A DNA stretch of 64,000 nt from an uncultured Nitrososphaerales archaeon (GCA_963695855.1 CAVOHZ010000010.1:448001-512000); one strand, 5' to 3'; counted from the first letter of the stretch, positions 10,949-22,947 are shown. The notes: generated from the letters alone by a model not told the origin. A program made the numbers and translations.

Positions 10949-11785
10949 TCATGATGCTTGGATATTTACTATGCCTGTTTTTGCAAGTTCAGAACCTATA
11001 CCATATCCTACTAACGCTATACCGGTTCCTAGTCCCGCCATTTCTATTCCACCTTTGATCCAGTTTTTTTTTGCTAGACGAGCCTTTATGGCACCAATCA
11101 CAAATGAAGAAACAATACTCATAACAATAGCTAATCCAATCCCAGTCATAGATGACATTATTCCAGCTTTAACTACAAAATAAGGCATTATTGGAAGGAT
11201 GCCTCCTAATAGAAATGAACCAAACATCACCAAGGCACCTTTTAATGGGCTCCCTAGAATGTCTAAATTAAGCCCTATTTCCTCAGTCAACATAGTCTGG
11301 AGCCATACTTCTTTGTTTGAGGTTATCTTTTCTACAATTTTCTCGAGATCCTCTCCTTCAAATCCTTTTGCACGGTAAATGTTTTCGATCTCCAGTCTTT
11401 CTTCATCAGGTCTATTTTCTATCTCGTATTCTTCACGTTTTATTTCTGATTCTAATATTTCCCTTTGCGATTTTACAGCAAGGTAATTCTGGACAGCCAT
11501 TGCCTTAGCCCCTGTAAACATTCCTATTAATGCAGCAAGAATGACAACATCGGCTGTAATTACAGCTCCTCCTACACCCGCTACAATTCCTAAGGAAGTG
11601 TTAACACCATCTCCAAAGCCGAATACAAAATCTCGTATGTAATTACTTTCTTTGATATGTGGTTCTGGATGTATATTAAAATTAATCAACATAAATGTAA
11701 TAATTTCCAATTTATTAAATGTAACTAATATATGGAATTTTACTATGAATCTATTCCGGATAATCAAGAAATTTATATCCATCAA
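10949..11785 (-). CDS. VIT1/CCC1-family Fe/Mn transporter (true start probably ~11692)
   Basis: YIRDFVFGFGDG, MAVQNYLAVKSQRE, MLTEEIGL, SFLLGGILP. Confidence 0.9.
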   Translation of the reverse strand: MMDINFLIIRNRFIVKFHILVTFNKLEIITFMLINFNIHPEPHIKESNYIRDFVFGFGDGVNTSLGIVAGVGGAVITADVVILAALIGMFTGAKAMAVQNYLAVKSQREILESEIKREEYEIENRPDEERLEIENIYRAKGFEGEDLEKIVEKITSNKEVWLQTMLTEEIGLNLDILGSPLKGALVMFGSFLLGGILPIMPYFVVKAGIMSSMTGIGLAIVMSIVSSFVIGAIKARLAKKNWIKGGIEMAGLGTGIALVGYGIGSELAKTGIVNIQAS

Positions 11786-12166
11786 ATTAACGATTCTGCG
11801 TAAATAGTTATCTTTAAATCAAACTATTAGATTAAAACGGACATAAATTAGTTTTACATATGAACTCAGAGGATTGCAATCTGCGAATCTATCTATATTA
11901 CCAATCTCACTTACAAAAACCATATCATAATAATATCCGAGGCGAAGTATACTAATCAATAATATTTAAGTATCATCTTCTTTAGTATGTAACTATATCT
12001 TTTTGTATACTTCTTTGATTTTTTCATCTAAAGGATGAGTTACAAAGATATGTGGCCATTTATAATTATGTAATTCAATTAACAATATACTGTAACCTGT
12101 TACTCGGCTCACTCGGATAATGATTTTTTATTATAATTTAATATGTAATCATTTGAAAGTTGTTCT

Positions 12167-13043
12167 TTAAACCCAGTTATACAATGATACTTTTAATAGC
12201 ATCTCTTTCATCATGTTCTCAAATCTTATTGCAGTAACATATGCTCCAAACATTCTTTTGATACAGGAGAAGATAGTTTTTTTTACAATCCATCGCTGTT
12301 CATAGATAAGGCTATACTTCCATTGTTGTATGTTAGTTTTCTGTGATTGTACACTCCTGTCTCTGAGATAGTAATTGGTCTTTTTACACCTAACATTCTT
12401 TCTTACCATAATTGCAGGGTTCGTTTCCCTAAAGGATAGAAATTGAAAATTTTTGTTACTAATATAGGAACCTTCCATAATGGTAGTTTCTAGTTCCTTA
12501 TTCTGCTTTATTGTTATATCATCTGCTAGTTCGGGGAAAACTTTTCCGTCATCTACTTGCTCACTGATTATTTTTAATGATAGAATTCTTTTCTTTTTAA
12601 TACCAACAGCTAGATGTATCTTAAGATAGCCTCTTTTGACATTCAACTTGAACCTAATCCATTCTCCTCGGTTGCTTACTTTCATACCAGTACAATCAAT
12701 TGCTATCACAAAATCATTATCATGTATGTTAAAATCTTGGCTTATTTTGATATTCAGTCTGTTTATTCGTCCCATTCTATTGCTATAATCAGTGATTGAT
12801 GATACTGTATTTGGAGCATGTGCTGTTACTGGATCTGCAGTCTTTCTATACGGTAAATGAAAATAGGTTCTCAAATGACCTAATAACTTGCTAAATGAAT
12901 ATGGATATACGAACTTTCCATCTTCCTTACATTCGTTCATCTTTTCTAATCAGTATCAGAGTTATCAATAACATCAAAATCAAGTAATATGTTTCCTCTC
13001 CTAACCAGCAGGGATTCTTAGTATCTATTCCAATGCCATACAT
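12167..13043 (-). mobile_element. IS5-family transposase pseudogene
   Basis: WNRY*ESLLVRRGNILLDFD 5' part with stops and a frameshift; AIDCTGMKVSNRGEW, YLKIHLAV, FSCIKRMFG; catalytic residues decayed. Confidence 0.85.
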
Positions 13044-13081
13044 AATATGACTAGAATTCGTTAGCTAATGTGTTAATTTGA

Positions 13082-13711
13082 GTGAGTTGTGCAATACAGC
13101 AGAAAGTATTATTAGCTCATTCTCATACATATCATGTGGATATTTTCAAACTATTTTCAAAACGGTCTTTGAGAGTTCTTCAAATCGTATTTGGAATTCT
13201 TTCGATAATAGCTGCAGCAATTGTATTAGTTTTTCCAAATATAGGAATTTTAACAGTAGTTCTAATCCTATCAATTGCACTATTATTAATAGGAATAGAA
13301 CGAGTGATTATGGGAATTTTCTCTCCTTTGAAAAAGAACATAAAAAAAGTAAACATAGGTCTTGGAATTTTGGCAATAGTACTATCAATAGTTTCTTTGG
13401 CATTTCCAATCTTTGCCATAGAGATTTTAATACTAATTATTAGCTTTGCGTTAATGTTCATTGGAATTACAAGGATCCTACATGTAATAAAACAACCGCC
13501 CGCGCAAAAATGGTTACGCGTTTTTTCAGCGGGTTCTGGTATCTTTAGTATAATTCTATCAGTGTTAACGATGATTTCGCCAACCTTTGGTATAATATTG
13601 GTAGATATTTTTGTATCCTTCGCGTTACTGATTAATGGTTTAGAAATGATAACTACTGGAATAAGCGGTGCACATAATTTCGGTAGAAAAGATTTGGAAG
13701 ATATGCGATGA
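13082..13711 (+). CDS. HdeD/DUF308-family membrane protein
   Basis: Three repeats of GILSII..FP helix pairs. Confidence 0.75.
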   Translation: MSCAIQQKVLLAHSHTYHVDIFKLFSKRSLRVLQIVFGILSIIAAAIVLVFPNIGILTVVLILSIALLLIGIERVIMGIFSPLKKNIKKVNIGLGILAIVLSIVSLAFPIFAIEILILIISFALMFIGITRILHVIKQPPAQKWLRVFSAGSGIFSIILSVLTMISPTFGIILVDIFVSFALLINGLEMITTGISGAHNFGRKDLEDMR

Positions 13712-13810
13712 AGTTAAGTTAAAATACACATATAAACAAATTTATTTTCGAAATCAATAATAACTTCAAATAGAGCAAATCATCTAAAGATTCCTTAATT
13801 ATCAAAAAAA

Positions 13811-15266
13811 ATGTTAACATCATTAACGAGGGATCTGATAGGTATATTTAAAAAATTGCCTGAGTTGGGTTTCAAAATGGTCAATTTTCATAATTCACGA
13901 GAAAACAATCGTTCACCAAATAAATTTTTATGTAAACAAAAGGAGATGTACATTTTAGAGAAAGTATGTATATTCTTAAATAGACAGATTAAATATATGT
14001 ATATTTGTAATATGCATAACCACAAACTGGAAAGATCAAATGATGATAAAATTAACCTAGTAATTATTTCTTGTATTCTTTTTTTATTAAGTATATTGTA
14101 TCTTAATACGAATAGCCATATATCTTATCAATTTTTAGAATCAAACAATGTTCAAACGTTGTTTCCTATATATTCTAATTATTCAAAAGCCGGTTCATTA
14201 ATGATAAATACCACTCTTCCAGAGACTCAATCAGCTTTATCACTAAATGACATCAAAAATCTTGTTAGCGCCGGTGAAATAGATAGTAACAATACAGCGT
14301 CCAATTTAATGAATCAAAGTATTTATCCCAATAATTTCCACGGTAAAAGTAGCTCTCAATATATGTTCTCTAGTAATAGAAGTGAAATAAAGACTCCGGA
14401 AAACAATAGCCATACTTTAGAATTTGAAAATTCAAGAATAGCTCTTGTTAAACCTACTTTCACCGATGCGGCTTATCATAGCGCCTTTTATGAATTTTAT
14501 AGAATGTATGAACACGTTCCTAGTGATGCAAACGTAACTAGCAATCTCAATCTACTTTCAAGCAGAATCTCTACCAATCAAGAAGGAGCAATTTCTAACG
14601 TATTTGCGATGCTTGATCTAGTAAAAAATTTAAAATGGCTAACCAATGATTCCAGTATTACGATATTGTCTGACCAAGGTATTGACTCTAAATCAATTTT
14701 TGATAAAAATGGATCTAATCTATATGATGTTATAATTCTAGGACATCAAGAGTATGTTACTCAGGAAGAATATAATAGCTTAAAAGAATTCGTTTCTGAC
14801 GGAGGAACAATTATCCTCCTTGATGGCAATGTATTTTATGCTCAGGTAAAATACAATAGCAGTACAAATCTAATAACTCTTGTTAAAGGTCACGGTTGGG
14901 CTTTCAACGGAAAGTCTGCATGGAAAAAGTGTAGATGAAAGATGGAAAAATGAGACCGCCAAATGGATAGGAAGTAATTACCTATGTGCTATTTGTCATA
15001 TTTCATATCTAAATAATCCTTTTGGATATATTCATCACGAGGAACAATATGTAACTAATCTAAAAGACATTATTCTGTTAAGTTATCCAATCACTAATTT
15101 GGATTCTAAGATACCTAAAAAGATCGTAGTAGCAACATATGAATTGAACTATAATAAAGGAAAAGTTATAGCCCTGGGCTTATATTCTGATGATATAATA
15201 GATAATGGAGTTTTCGATAGATTTTTTGATAGTCTATTGGTTAAATATGCGCTCCGCAAAAGTTAA
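13811..15266 (+). pseudogene. N,N-dimethylformamidase-beta-like/GATase-fold protein split by a frameshift
   Basis: IALVKPTFTDAAY, YDVIILGHQEYVT, DGN, GHGWAF; an extra A in TGGAAAAAGT (~14921-14930) shifts the frame into ERWKNET..WIGSNY..HHEEQY; true start likely ~14011. Confidence 0.7.
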
Positions 15267-15341
15267 ACATGATACTATCATGATAATATTATAATATTCA
15301 AAGATAAATATCATAAAAATAACTTTTGGGTAGTTATAAAA

Positions 15342-16247
15342 TTGTTACCATTTCAATTCAAAGAACACAACACATATGTTCAAATGATAAACCATATACA
15401 AATCAACATTTATAATATAATTCATTCTTTACATATTATGAATATATCATTTATGTTTTTTGTTACTATAGTAATACTAGGATTGTATTCAATCAATTTC
15501 ATTTTTGTAAATGACTCTTTTGGGATAATCATTCAAGATGACAATAATGCTATAATTTTAAATTCTACAAATAACACATTTACAGAATCAGTACCAAGAA
15601 TTCCCCCTTCTGCTTTATATGAAAAGGATACTTCTATCATATCAAGTACCGAAACATCACAGGAAGATCAAGCTCTTCAAAAAAATGAATCGTTTATTGA
15701 AAATGTTATAAAGTCAAAATTTGGAGAAAATAAAAATTCTTCTGCTACTATTGGTACTACTATGGATAATTCAACTTTATCTCAATTTTATCATATGCGA
15801 AATAACTATTTGTCACAATGGGAGGCAGTGCCTTTTCAGTCTAATTTTGCTACCCTTATTAACGAGGATTTAAACAAAGAAGGATATGGAGTATTTACTG
15901 AAAGAAATTCTAATATTTTTAACCCAGATGAACGAATATCTCTATATCTAGAACCAATAGGATTTAAACACAAACCAATAATAGACTCGAAAGGAACCAA
16001 ATTATACTTCACAAATATTACAACAATAATAACAATGCAGGATGATAATGGAAATGAAGTACCATCTATAGAAGATATAAAAAACTATAACTCTAAATCT
16101 CATAACAAAATAACTGAGCTGTTTTTACATATAGATTTGGATTTGATCCCACCTCTTCCATCTGGAAATTATATCATAACTTACAGTATTTTTGATGAAA
16201 TATCAAAGCAAGATTTTGATCTTCAAAAAAATATTACTATATCATAG
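15342..16247 (+). CDS. Secreted/membrane-anchored hypothetical protein
   Basis: Hydrophobic N-terminus; beta-rich C-terminal domain (GYGVF..YLEPIGF..GNYIITY). Confidence 0.65.
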   Translation: MLPFQFKEHNTYVQMINHIQINIYNIIHSLHIMNISFMFFVTIVILGLYSINFIFVNDSFGIIIQDDNNAIILNSTNNTFTESVPRIPPSALYEKDTSIISSTETSQEDQALQKNESFIENVIKSKFGENKNSSATIGTTMDNSTLSQFYHMRNNYLSQWEAVPFQSNFATLINEDLNKEGYGVFTERNSNIFNPDERISLYLEPIGFKHKPIIDSKGTKLYFTNITTIITMQDDNGNEVPSIEDIKNYNSKSHNKITELFLHIDLDLIPPLPSGNYIITYSIFDEISKQDFDLQKNITIS

Positions 16248-16644
16248 AATATTGGGTTAACGCAATTTTACACCTAAGTATATTTGAGATTTGAATTTTG
16301 TTATTTTTGATCATTGGATCTGATTTGATTCTCTGTTATGCAATTCCATTCATAGACCAATCAGCATTAACTATCTAGATTTTACTTGAAGGTACTAAAA
16401 ATAGCTTTGATTCTGTTTTATTTGGAATTGGTAGTGTCATTGTTATAACCAGCTGAGTCTGATTAGTGTCTGATGATATGAAATCCATTATATTTTCTTG
16501 TTATGCCTATGCGTGCAAATCAGACAGGATCAAGATAGTTAACATCAATGCCATTGTTACCATCAAATGACTGGATTTGTCAAATTTCAAGATAGTCAAC
16601 CTCATACATCATTGACATTAATTCTTTTGTTATTAAGAAGATCT

Positions 16645-16659
16645 ATTAACTTGATTAAC
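16645..16659 (+). promoter_or_regulatory. GTTAAC-N3-GTTAAC-type box upstream of TATA
   Basis: ATTAAC-TTG-ATTAAC-taata-TTTATATT; ATG 33 bp after the TATA start. Confidence 0.5.
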
Positions 16660-16697
16660 TAATATTTATATTTAATAAATAATATATTTTATTAAAG

Positions 16698-16841
16698 ATG
16701 GAAACGAAATATATTTATGAAATTAATTCAAAAGCATATGATCAAGATACATACAATACTAGATTATATCCTCAAAATTATATTCAATCAGTTTTTCCCG
16801 TTGAAAAAAGTTATCTAGAAATAGATCAAGTTTCAAGTTAA
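16698..16841 (+). CDS. 47-aa small protein upstream of patatin (not in ORF track)
   Basis: METKYIYEINSKAYDQ...EIDQVSS*; preceded by box plus TATA. Confidence 0.45.
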   Translation: METKYIYEINSKAYDQDTYNTRLYPQNYIQSVFPVEKSYLEIDQVSS

Positions 16842-16870
16842 ATAATTGCAGGAAGTCAATAAATTCGATC

Positions 16871-17971
16871 ATGGATAAGGAATCATATAAAGAAACAGTC
16901 CTTATAATGCAAGGAGGAGGATCACTAGGTTCTTATGAATGTGGTGTGTACAAAGTTTTAGAAAAACATAATATAAAATTTGACATAATCGCTGGTACGT
17001 CTATTGGTGCTATCAATGCCTCTATTATAGCCGGGACAAAGACTGATACTCCAGCACTTGCACTAGAAGATTTTTGGTATTCATTAGCAGAAAACTCGAC
17101 ATCATCATATTTTTCAGACGAACTGCGATCTTATTATTCATCCATGTACGCAGCAATTTTTGGCAATCCTAACGTCTTCATCCCGATCTGGCTCAAACCC
17201 TTTTCATACTATTCTTATATAAATTCAAATTATATTTATGATCTTGCTCCATTAAAAAACAAAATCACTGAATACGTAGATTTTGAGAGGATTACAACGG
17301 ATTCTAGTCCACGGCTCATCTTAACAGCCACCGATATCCAAAAAGGTGAATTGATAAAATTTGATAGCAAAAAAGATAGGATTGATCTGAATACTATGCT
17401 TGGATGTGTTGGTTTTCCTTTCTACGGGATTAAATGGACAAGAAAAGATGACAAATACCTTTGGGACGGCGCACTTGAAAGTAATACACCAATAAAAGCA
17501 ATAATGGATTCTTCTCCTAAATTCAATAAACTCGTATACATGATTAATCTATTTCCTCGGGTTCAGGCTGAACTACCAAAAAACCTGTTAGAAGTATGGC
17601 ATAGAGCACGAGATATTATATATAGTGATAAAACACAGTCAAATGTTGATATTTATAATTCTATTTCAGAATATATTTTTCTCTTAAAGGAAATGAATGA
17701 AATAATATCAAATAATGAATCTTGTCTGGACTTTGAAGCAAAATTCAAATTTAAAAAAATACAAAAATTGTACAATAAACTAGCAGTTGATAGGGGTGCA
17801 ATATTAGAAAAAATAATTCGAATAGAGCGAACAGAAAAAATTCACTTCCTTTTCGAAGATGTAGATTTTTCTTTAAAGACGATAAAAAAACTAATAAAAC
17901 AGGGGGAACATGATGCAGAATTAGAAATATCCAAACAAAAAGGTGAAAATCCACTCTTTCTAACCGTGTAA
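16871..17971 (+). CDS. Patatin-like phospholipase
   Basis: QGGGSLG, GTSIG nucleophile, WDGA. Confidence 0.92.
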   Translation: MDKESYKETVLIMQGGGSLGSYECGVYKVLEKHNIKFDIIAGTSIGAINASIIAGTKTDTPALALEDFWYSLAENSTSSYFSDELRSYYSSMYAAIFGNPNVFIPIWLKPFSYYSYINSNYIYDLAPLKNKITEYVDFERITTDSSPRLILTATDIQKGELIKFDSKKDRIDLNTMLGCVGFPFYGIKWTRKDDKYLWDGALESNTPIKAIMDSSPKFNKLVYMINLFPRVQAELPKNLLEVWHRARDIIYSDKTQSNVDIYNSISEYIFLLKEMNEIISNNESCLDFEAKFKFKKIQKLYNKLAVDRGAILEKIIRIERTEKIHFLFEDVDFSLKTIKKLIKQGEHDAELEISKQKGENPLFLTV

Positions 17972-18592
17972 TGGAATCCAATTATTCAGATAAATAAAAT
18001 ATAAGAATTGAAATGAATTATGTTCTCTTTATCCATAAATAACAGTTTTATAGATCGTATATGTTAACATAATTATAGATTGATACCCAACTATACTACC
18101 TAACACATACCATCAATTATTATTTGTCCTGATAAATTTATAGTCTGTATTTCGAGTACCAATGAATTATAAATTGCCTGTCTAACTATTCTAGATCCTT
18201 GTTCAATTGTTGCTGACCTAATAGATACATACGGTTTCATTCCGTAACATTCCGTAAGCATGAACACCGAGTACAAATAGATATAACAAACGAAATATAA
18301 TGTCAAATGAGATTTTTAATGTAACCAAATAAGTACATGCGAAATCACTAAAAGCATATATACAGGGTTTACATGGATATCTTTTTTTAATCTAACAATT
18401 GACTTACGTATCTATTGTTACATCTGGACATTTTCTTTTTCCATGTCACCTACCATCAAAAATATAACCTACTTTTCTGAATATCTGTAATCAATGTTAA
18501 CGGTTTGATCTCATGTAAAAATTACGCATAAGGTAATAATCATTATTATGCCTTTTTATTTCAAATGTAAAAGTATTGCCTAAAAGAAAAAA

Positions 18593-18817
18593 TTAGTTTG
18601 TAAAAATTTTGTACTTGTATACATCATTTGTATCTATACTCAAGAAAACTTCTCTGCCGTTATATCCATCAATGAATTGAACAGGAAATTGGAAGATTCG
18701 CCTTCCCCGTACAGTGATATATGCACTATCTGCCGCTATTACGTTGCCTAAAATGTTTCCATCTTTTGTCCTAACTCCTTTATGGACCAATTTATTAAAA
18801 TATGAGATTGTAGACAT
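18593..18817 (-). CDS. Small PRC-barrel-like protein, paralogue 1
   Basis: HKGVRTKDGNILGNVIA; near-identical to 40599-40817. Confidence 0.7.
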   Translation of the reverse strand: MSTISYFNKLVHKGVRTKDGNILGNVIAADSAYITVRGRRIFQFPVQFIDGYNGREVFLSIDTNDVYKYKIFTN

Positions 18818-19236
18818 TTTTAAGTCAGAAGAAGGTATATGTCAATAATTATATAACCATGAGTGAACAACGTTAACCGATACTAAACAATCATTACAAA
18901 TTTAGAATTACTAGATGACAACAAAACTCTTTATTATCAAATTAATGTTCTAGATGTTCCAAAAATAACAGGGATCCATATTCATAAAGGTAACTTGGGT
19001 GAAAATGGAGATGTATTGGTGAGTATATATAATGTAAAGGAAGACATATTTAAAAATCAAAATACAACAAAAATTTCTGAAATAGAATCTAACTCTATAA
19101 CAATTAATGGAAACAAACAAAATTCCCTCGCCGCAAGTAGAACAATCAATAACTTGGATTTGCAAGGACCCCTGAAAGGAAAGAATATTTCTGATCTGAT
19201 CACTTTAACAGAAAGTGGAGACACCTACGTGAATGT
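18602..19236. repeat. Inverted repeat of 39901-40815 with a ~300-bp internal deletion
   Basis: 18602-18890 matches the reverse complement of ~40527-40815; 18905-19236 matches the reverse complement of 39901-40229 (3-bp indel). Confidence 0.92.
18863..18877 (-). promoter_or_regulatory. GTTAAC-N3-GTTAAC-type box upstream of TATA
   Basis: GTTAAC-GTT-GTTCAC-tcatgg-TTATATAA on the coding strand. Confidence 0.75.
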
Positions 19237-19318
19237 CCGTAGGACGATTAATATTGATGATGAAATCGGAAGTCAGATAAATCAAATTAAAATCAAAATT
19301 TTTAATTTTTTTAAATAA
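18905..19318 (+). pseudogene. 5'-truncated CHRD-domain gene copy
   Basis: Near-identical to the middle of 39852-40454 but lacks promoter, signal peptide and the VHSE..PDGEIRGQ end. Confidence 0.85.
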
Positions 19319-19558
19319 AAATTCAAATTTTATTATACTTTTTATCTGGATACAATAGATTGAATAGGTCAGAAAATTTTTTTAATAATTTAAATAACTA
19401 TGATATGAAAGTATAACTCGGAAATGTTGAAAAATACAAAAGATCTACAATAGCTAACAGGATCACGATAAAATAGAATATTTAAACTAATTTCGCTCCT
19501 ACATTTTGGCCAAAGTTTAATTTAATTAACAATAAAAAATAAAAAATGATGTTGATCT

Positions 19559-19774
19559 TTAGATTTTGTACTTGTATGCTTCCTTCGTATCTAATGTTAG
19601 AAAAACTTCGCTTCCATTGTAAAGATCAATGAATTTTGATGGAATTTTCAGGATTTTTCTTCCTTGGACGGTTATATTTGAACCCTCAATAGCAATTACA
19701 TTTCCCAAATCGTTTCCGTCCTTTGTTCTCACACCTTTATGTACCATTCGTTCCAAGTCATGAATCGTAGACAT
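19559..19774 (-). CDS. Small PRC-barrel-like protein, paralogue 2
   Basis: HKGVRTKDGNDLGNVIA..YNGSEVFL. Confidence 0.7.
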   Translation of the reverse strand: MSTIHDLERMVHKGVRTKDGNDLGNVIAIEGSNITVQGRKILKIPSKFIDLYNGSEVFLTLDTKEAYKYKI

Positions 19775-19817
19775 TTATCTTCAAAATATGCAACATATAA
19801 AAGATATATAAATATGA

Positions 19818-19832
19818 GTTAACAAGGTTAAC
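19818..19832 (-). promoter_or_regulatory. Perfect GTTAAC-N3-GTTAAC box upstream of TATA
   Basis: GTTAAC-CTT-GTTAAC-tcata-TTTATATA on the coding strand. Confidence 0.8.
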
Positions 19833-20828
19833 TTAATTTTTATTATGAGTCAGACAAACAATAAAGTCCCTTAACCGACTTAAATTACCTTCAAATAAAA
19901 AAGCCTTACAGATTACATTTAAAATTAAAATTGCGGTATTTACTTTCATTGTTATAGCGTCAATATTTCTTATGTCAAGATATTGTAGCAACAAGAAAGT
20001 TAGAGCAGAATCAGATACTGCGTCTAGTAATATTTTACCGTTAAATAAATCTATTTTAGTACTGATTATGGAGAGTTATTGTGAAATGTACAAAATTCGA
20101 CGATTCAAATATCGTCTCGTTCTGCGAATTTATTATATTATATTGACTATGAATATAATAAAATAGGTTCAGGTTTTGTATATAACACGGGAGCACATAT
20201 AATTAAGAATAATCATATTATTCAAAAATCAAATAAACTCGATGTTGGTTTTTAAAATTGAAATCTCTACACCGCAAATATAGTAGAAAGTGATGCCCAA
20301 TTGATATCGGCCTCATAAAACTAAATATATCTTTACGATAAAATATTAATTGCATGAGATTTGCCAAACTCTTGTTTAATTAAAATATGAGAAACTTTTG
20401 CGGCAATTTGAAATTTCTTGATTATCGAGTAGATTACGGAAGCGATCGATGACTACGCTGGAAGATCATTACTACCATATAATGAGTCAAGGAGTAACAC
20501 ATTTTTTAAATCAGGAACTGTACAACTTTGAATTTCAGATACGGCCCCAAATACCTGCTGTCGTAAATCCAGGAAATTTCGGTCTTTTCCTTAATTTAGA
20601 AGGTAATTTTATAGGATAAAACACATCGTTTTTTTCCTCTACCGGTGCGCGTGCTTGTGTATGTAATTCGATTTTGTATGGTTTCTTAGCAGGCTGGAAA
20701 GTATTACCAATGTATGTGAATGAACTTTTAACCGTATGAAAGTATAACAGCTAGCATTACAATTTTATTTGATCTTTATTATTAAAAAATCAAATTGGGG
20801 ATAATGAAGGATAGATAGGTAGTTAATT

Positions 20829-21152
20829 ATGTTTGGAGAAATTCTTGCAATATGGGGTTGCGTACCTGAAATAACTGGGGATTGTATAGATATGACAAAT
20901 GCAGCGAGCACTTATGTTGGAATTTTGATAGGAGGAATTATGGGAGGCATAATATCATGGTGGATATATAATAGACAGAAAAAAACTTCAGACAAGGAGG
21001 ATGAAGTACTACAACATATTGAAGATCTTGAAGAGAATAATGAAATGGTGCTCAAAAAAATAGAATATTTTGAAGAGAATAATGAGAAACTTTTACAAAA
21101 TATTTTTCAACTGGAGAAAAAAATAGATTCAATAATAGAAAAAAACTCATAG
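20829..21152 (+). CDS. Single-TM plus coiled-coil hypothetical protein
   Basis: GILIGGIMGGIISWWIY TM followed by heptads with a duplicated EENNE. Confidence 0.7.
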   Translation: MFGEILAIWGCVPEITGDCIDMTNAASTYVGILIGGIMGGIISWWIYNRQKKTSDKEDEVLQHIEDLEENNEMVLKKIEYFEENNEKLLQNIFQLEKKIDSIIEKNS

Positions 21153-21193
21153 AAAAATCTTATTCTGAGAGTTCTATTTCGATGTATTAATAT

Positions 21194-21208
21194 GTTAACA
21201 AAGTTCAC
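21194..21208 (+). promoter_or_regulatory. GTTAAC-N3-GTTAAC-type box upstream of TATA
   Basis: GTTAAC-AAA-GTTCAC-ttttc-TTTATATA. Confidence 0.78.
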
Positions 21209-21252
21209 TTTTCTTTATATACCAATATTTTCTAATTAAAACAGGATTAAAA

Positions 21253-21774
21253 ATGATAGATAAAAGAAGAACTCATCAAAATAACGAGAAAAAAAAGAGC
21301 AAAAAATGTTTAATATCAATTAAGACTTTTGTCATTGTTTTGTTCGCAGCGTTGACTACTGTTATTGCAAATATCGCAGTAAATTTCGATAATGGAAATG
21401 GAATATTAATGATGCCCGGAATACCTACTGCAAATGCTCAGCAGTCAACCTCCGGAGAAAATGGAATTGTAGATTTAAAGGTTTCAGAGAGAAATGGTAA
21501 CTTCGTATGGGAATCCGGAGACAATAAGGTAAATCCACAAATTAACATGAAAGCAAATGCTGTCTATAGTATTCAATTGGAGAGCATGGATGGAAACAAC
21601 ATAGAACATCAATTGGTTATACAGACAAAGGATGGTAAAGAATTAGTAAAATCGGCTGAAATCTCCAATGGTGAGACAGACGACTTCTCCTTTACACCTA
21701 AAACTATTGGAACCTATGAGTATCACTGTGAATACCATCCACAAACAATGAAAGGAACAATAATTGTATCCTAA
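21253..21774 (+). CDS. Secreted cupredoxin-domain protein
   Basis: Signal/TM; HQL; YHCEYHPQTM. Confidence 0.85.
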   Translation: MIDKRRTHQNNEKKKSKKCLISIKTFVIVLFAALTTVIANIAVNFDNGNGILMMPGIPTANAQQSTSGENGIVDLKVSERNGNFVWESGDNKVNPQINMKANAVYSIQLESMDGNNIEHQLVIQTKDGKELVKSAEISNGETDDFSFTPKTIGTYEYHCEYHPQTMKGTIIVS

Positions 21775-21840
21775 TAAAGAGTTATTTTCATTTTCACTCT
21801 TATTAGAACAGATTTTGTAATTTAGGTGTAAGATAAAATT

Positions 21841-22947
21841 ATGATCCCAAACTCTTTCTATAAACAATTTGTTATAGTTGTTTTTCTTGTGTTAGTATAT
21901 TTATTTGGAAATAATATACAATATTTTTTTATTTATGGAGATTTTGTTGATACATTAAATAAAATTCAAAATTGTAATGATGGAAAGATTATCGATAGAG
22001 TATTATCTGGTTCTAATTTTGATAGTTATAGTAAACAGGGTTTTAACACTCCACAAAATTTTCATCATATCAAAAAATTCAACTCTAATGGCGATTTAAT
22101 TGATAGTTGGGGCATAAAAGGATCAAAAGATGGTCAATTTCTACATCCCCACGGAATCGGCTCTGATTCTAAAGGAAACATATTCGTAAGCGACGCCGTA
22201 TTGTGTAATATTCAGAAATTTGATAAAAATGGTAAATTCTTGTTGAAATTTGGTAAGAGAGGAGATGGACCTGGTGAATTCTTACAGCCAGAAAGTATTG
22301 CTATAGATAAGAATGATAATGTATTTGTAGTTGATTATGTTACTTCACATATCCAAAAGTTTGACAATGATGGTAACTTTATTACAATGTGGGGATCAAA
22401 AGGAAATGGAACAAATCAATTTATGAAGCCATGGGGAATAGGAGTAGATTCTAAAGGTTATGTTTATGTAGGTGATCAGGAAAATCCAGTCATCCAAAAA
22501 TTTGATAACAATGGAAATTTTGTTAAGAAATGGGGTTCCTATGGATCCAAAGCAGGAGAATTTGTTCATATTCATGATGTTACCTTGGATTCAGTAGATA
22601 ATGTCTATGTAACTGATGGCAGAGATAATTCTAGAGTTGAAAAATTTGATAGTAACGGCAACTTTATTACTATGTGGGGATCAAAAGGAAGTGATAAGGG
22701 TCAATTCATAGAAGACCATGGGATAGCAGTAGATAAATCAGGATATGTATATGTAGCAGATACAAGAAATGTAAGAGTACAAAAATTTGACAGTAATGGT
22801 AACTTCATTACAATGTGGGGATCTCTTGGATGTAAAAATGACCAATTTTTAATACCTCATGATATAACAATTAGTCCAGATGGAAACATATATGTAAGTG
22901 ATAGCGGAAATGTACATTTTAGACAAAATTACATGTGTAATCCTTAG
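21841..22947 (+). CDS. Secreted NHL-repeat six-bladed beta-propeller
   Basis: Repeated WGSxGxxxGQFxxPxGIAVD..YVxD..QKFD units. Confidence 0.92.
   Translation: MIPNSFYKQFVIVVFLVLVYLFGNNIQYFFIYGDFVDTLNKIQNCNDGKIIDRVLSGSNFDSYSKQGFNTPQNFHHIKKFNSNGDLIDSWGIKGSKDGQFLHPHGIGSDSKGNIFVSDAVLCNIQKFDKNGKFLLKFGKRGDGPGEFLQPESIAIDKNDNVFVVDYVTSHIQKFDNDGNFITMWGSKGNGTNQFMKPWGIGVDSKGYVYVGDQENPVIQKFDNNGNFVKKWGSYGSKAGEFVHIHDVTLDSVDNVYVTDGRDNSRVEKFDSNGNFITMWGSKGSDKGQFIEDHGIAVDKSGYVYVADTRNVRVQKFDSNGNFITMWGSLGCKNDQFLIPHDITISPDGNIYVSDSGNVHFRQNYMCNP

Noticed and set aside
19972-20760. Gene or ncRNA in this gap
   Set aside because: No convincing ORF, motif or structure
21841-22947. Periodic DNA similarity
   Set aside because: Explained by NHL protein repeats
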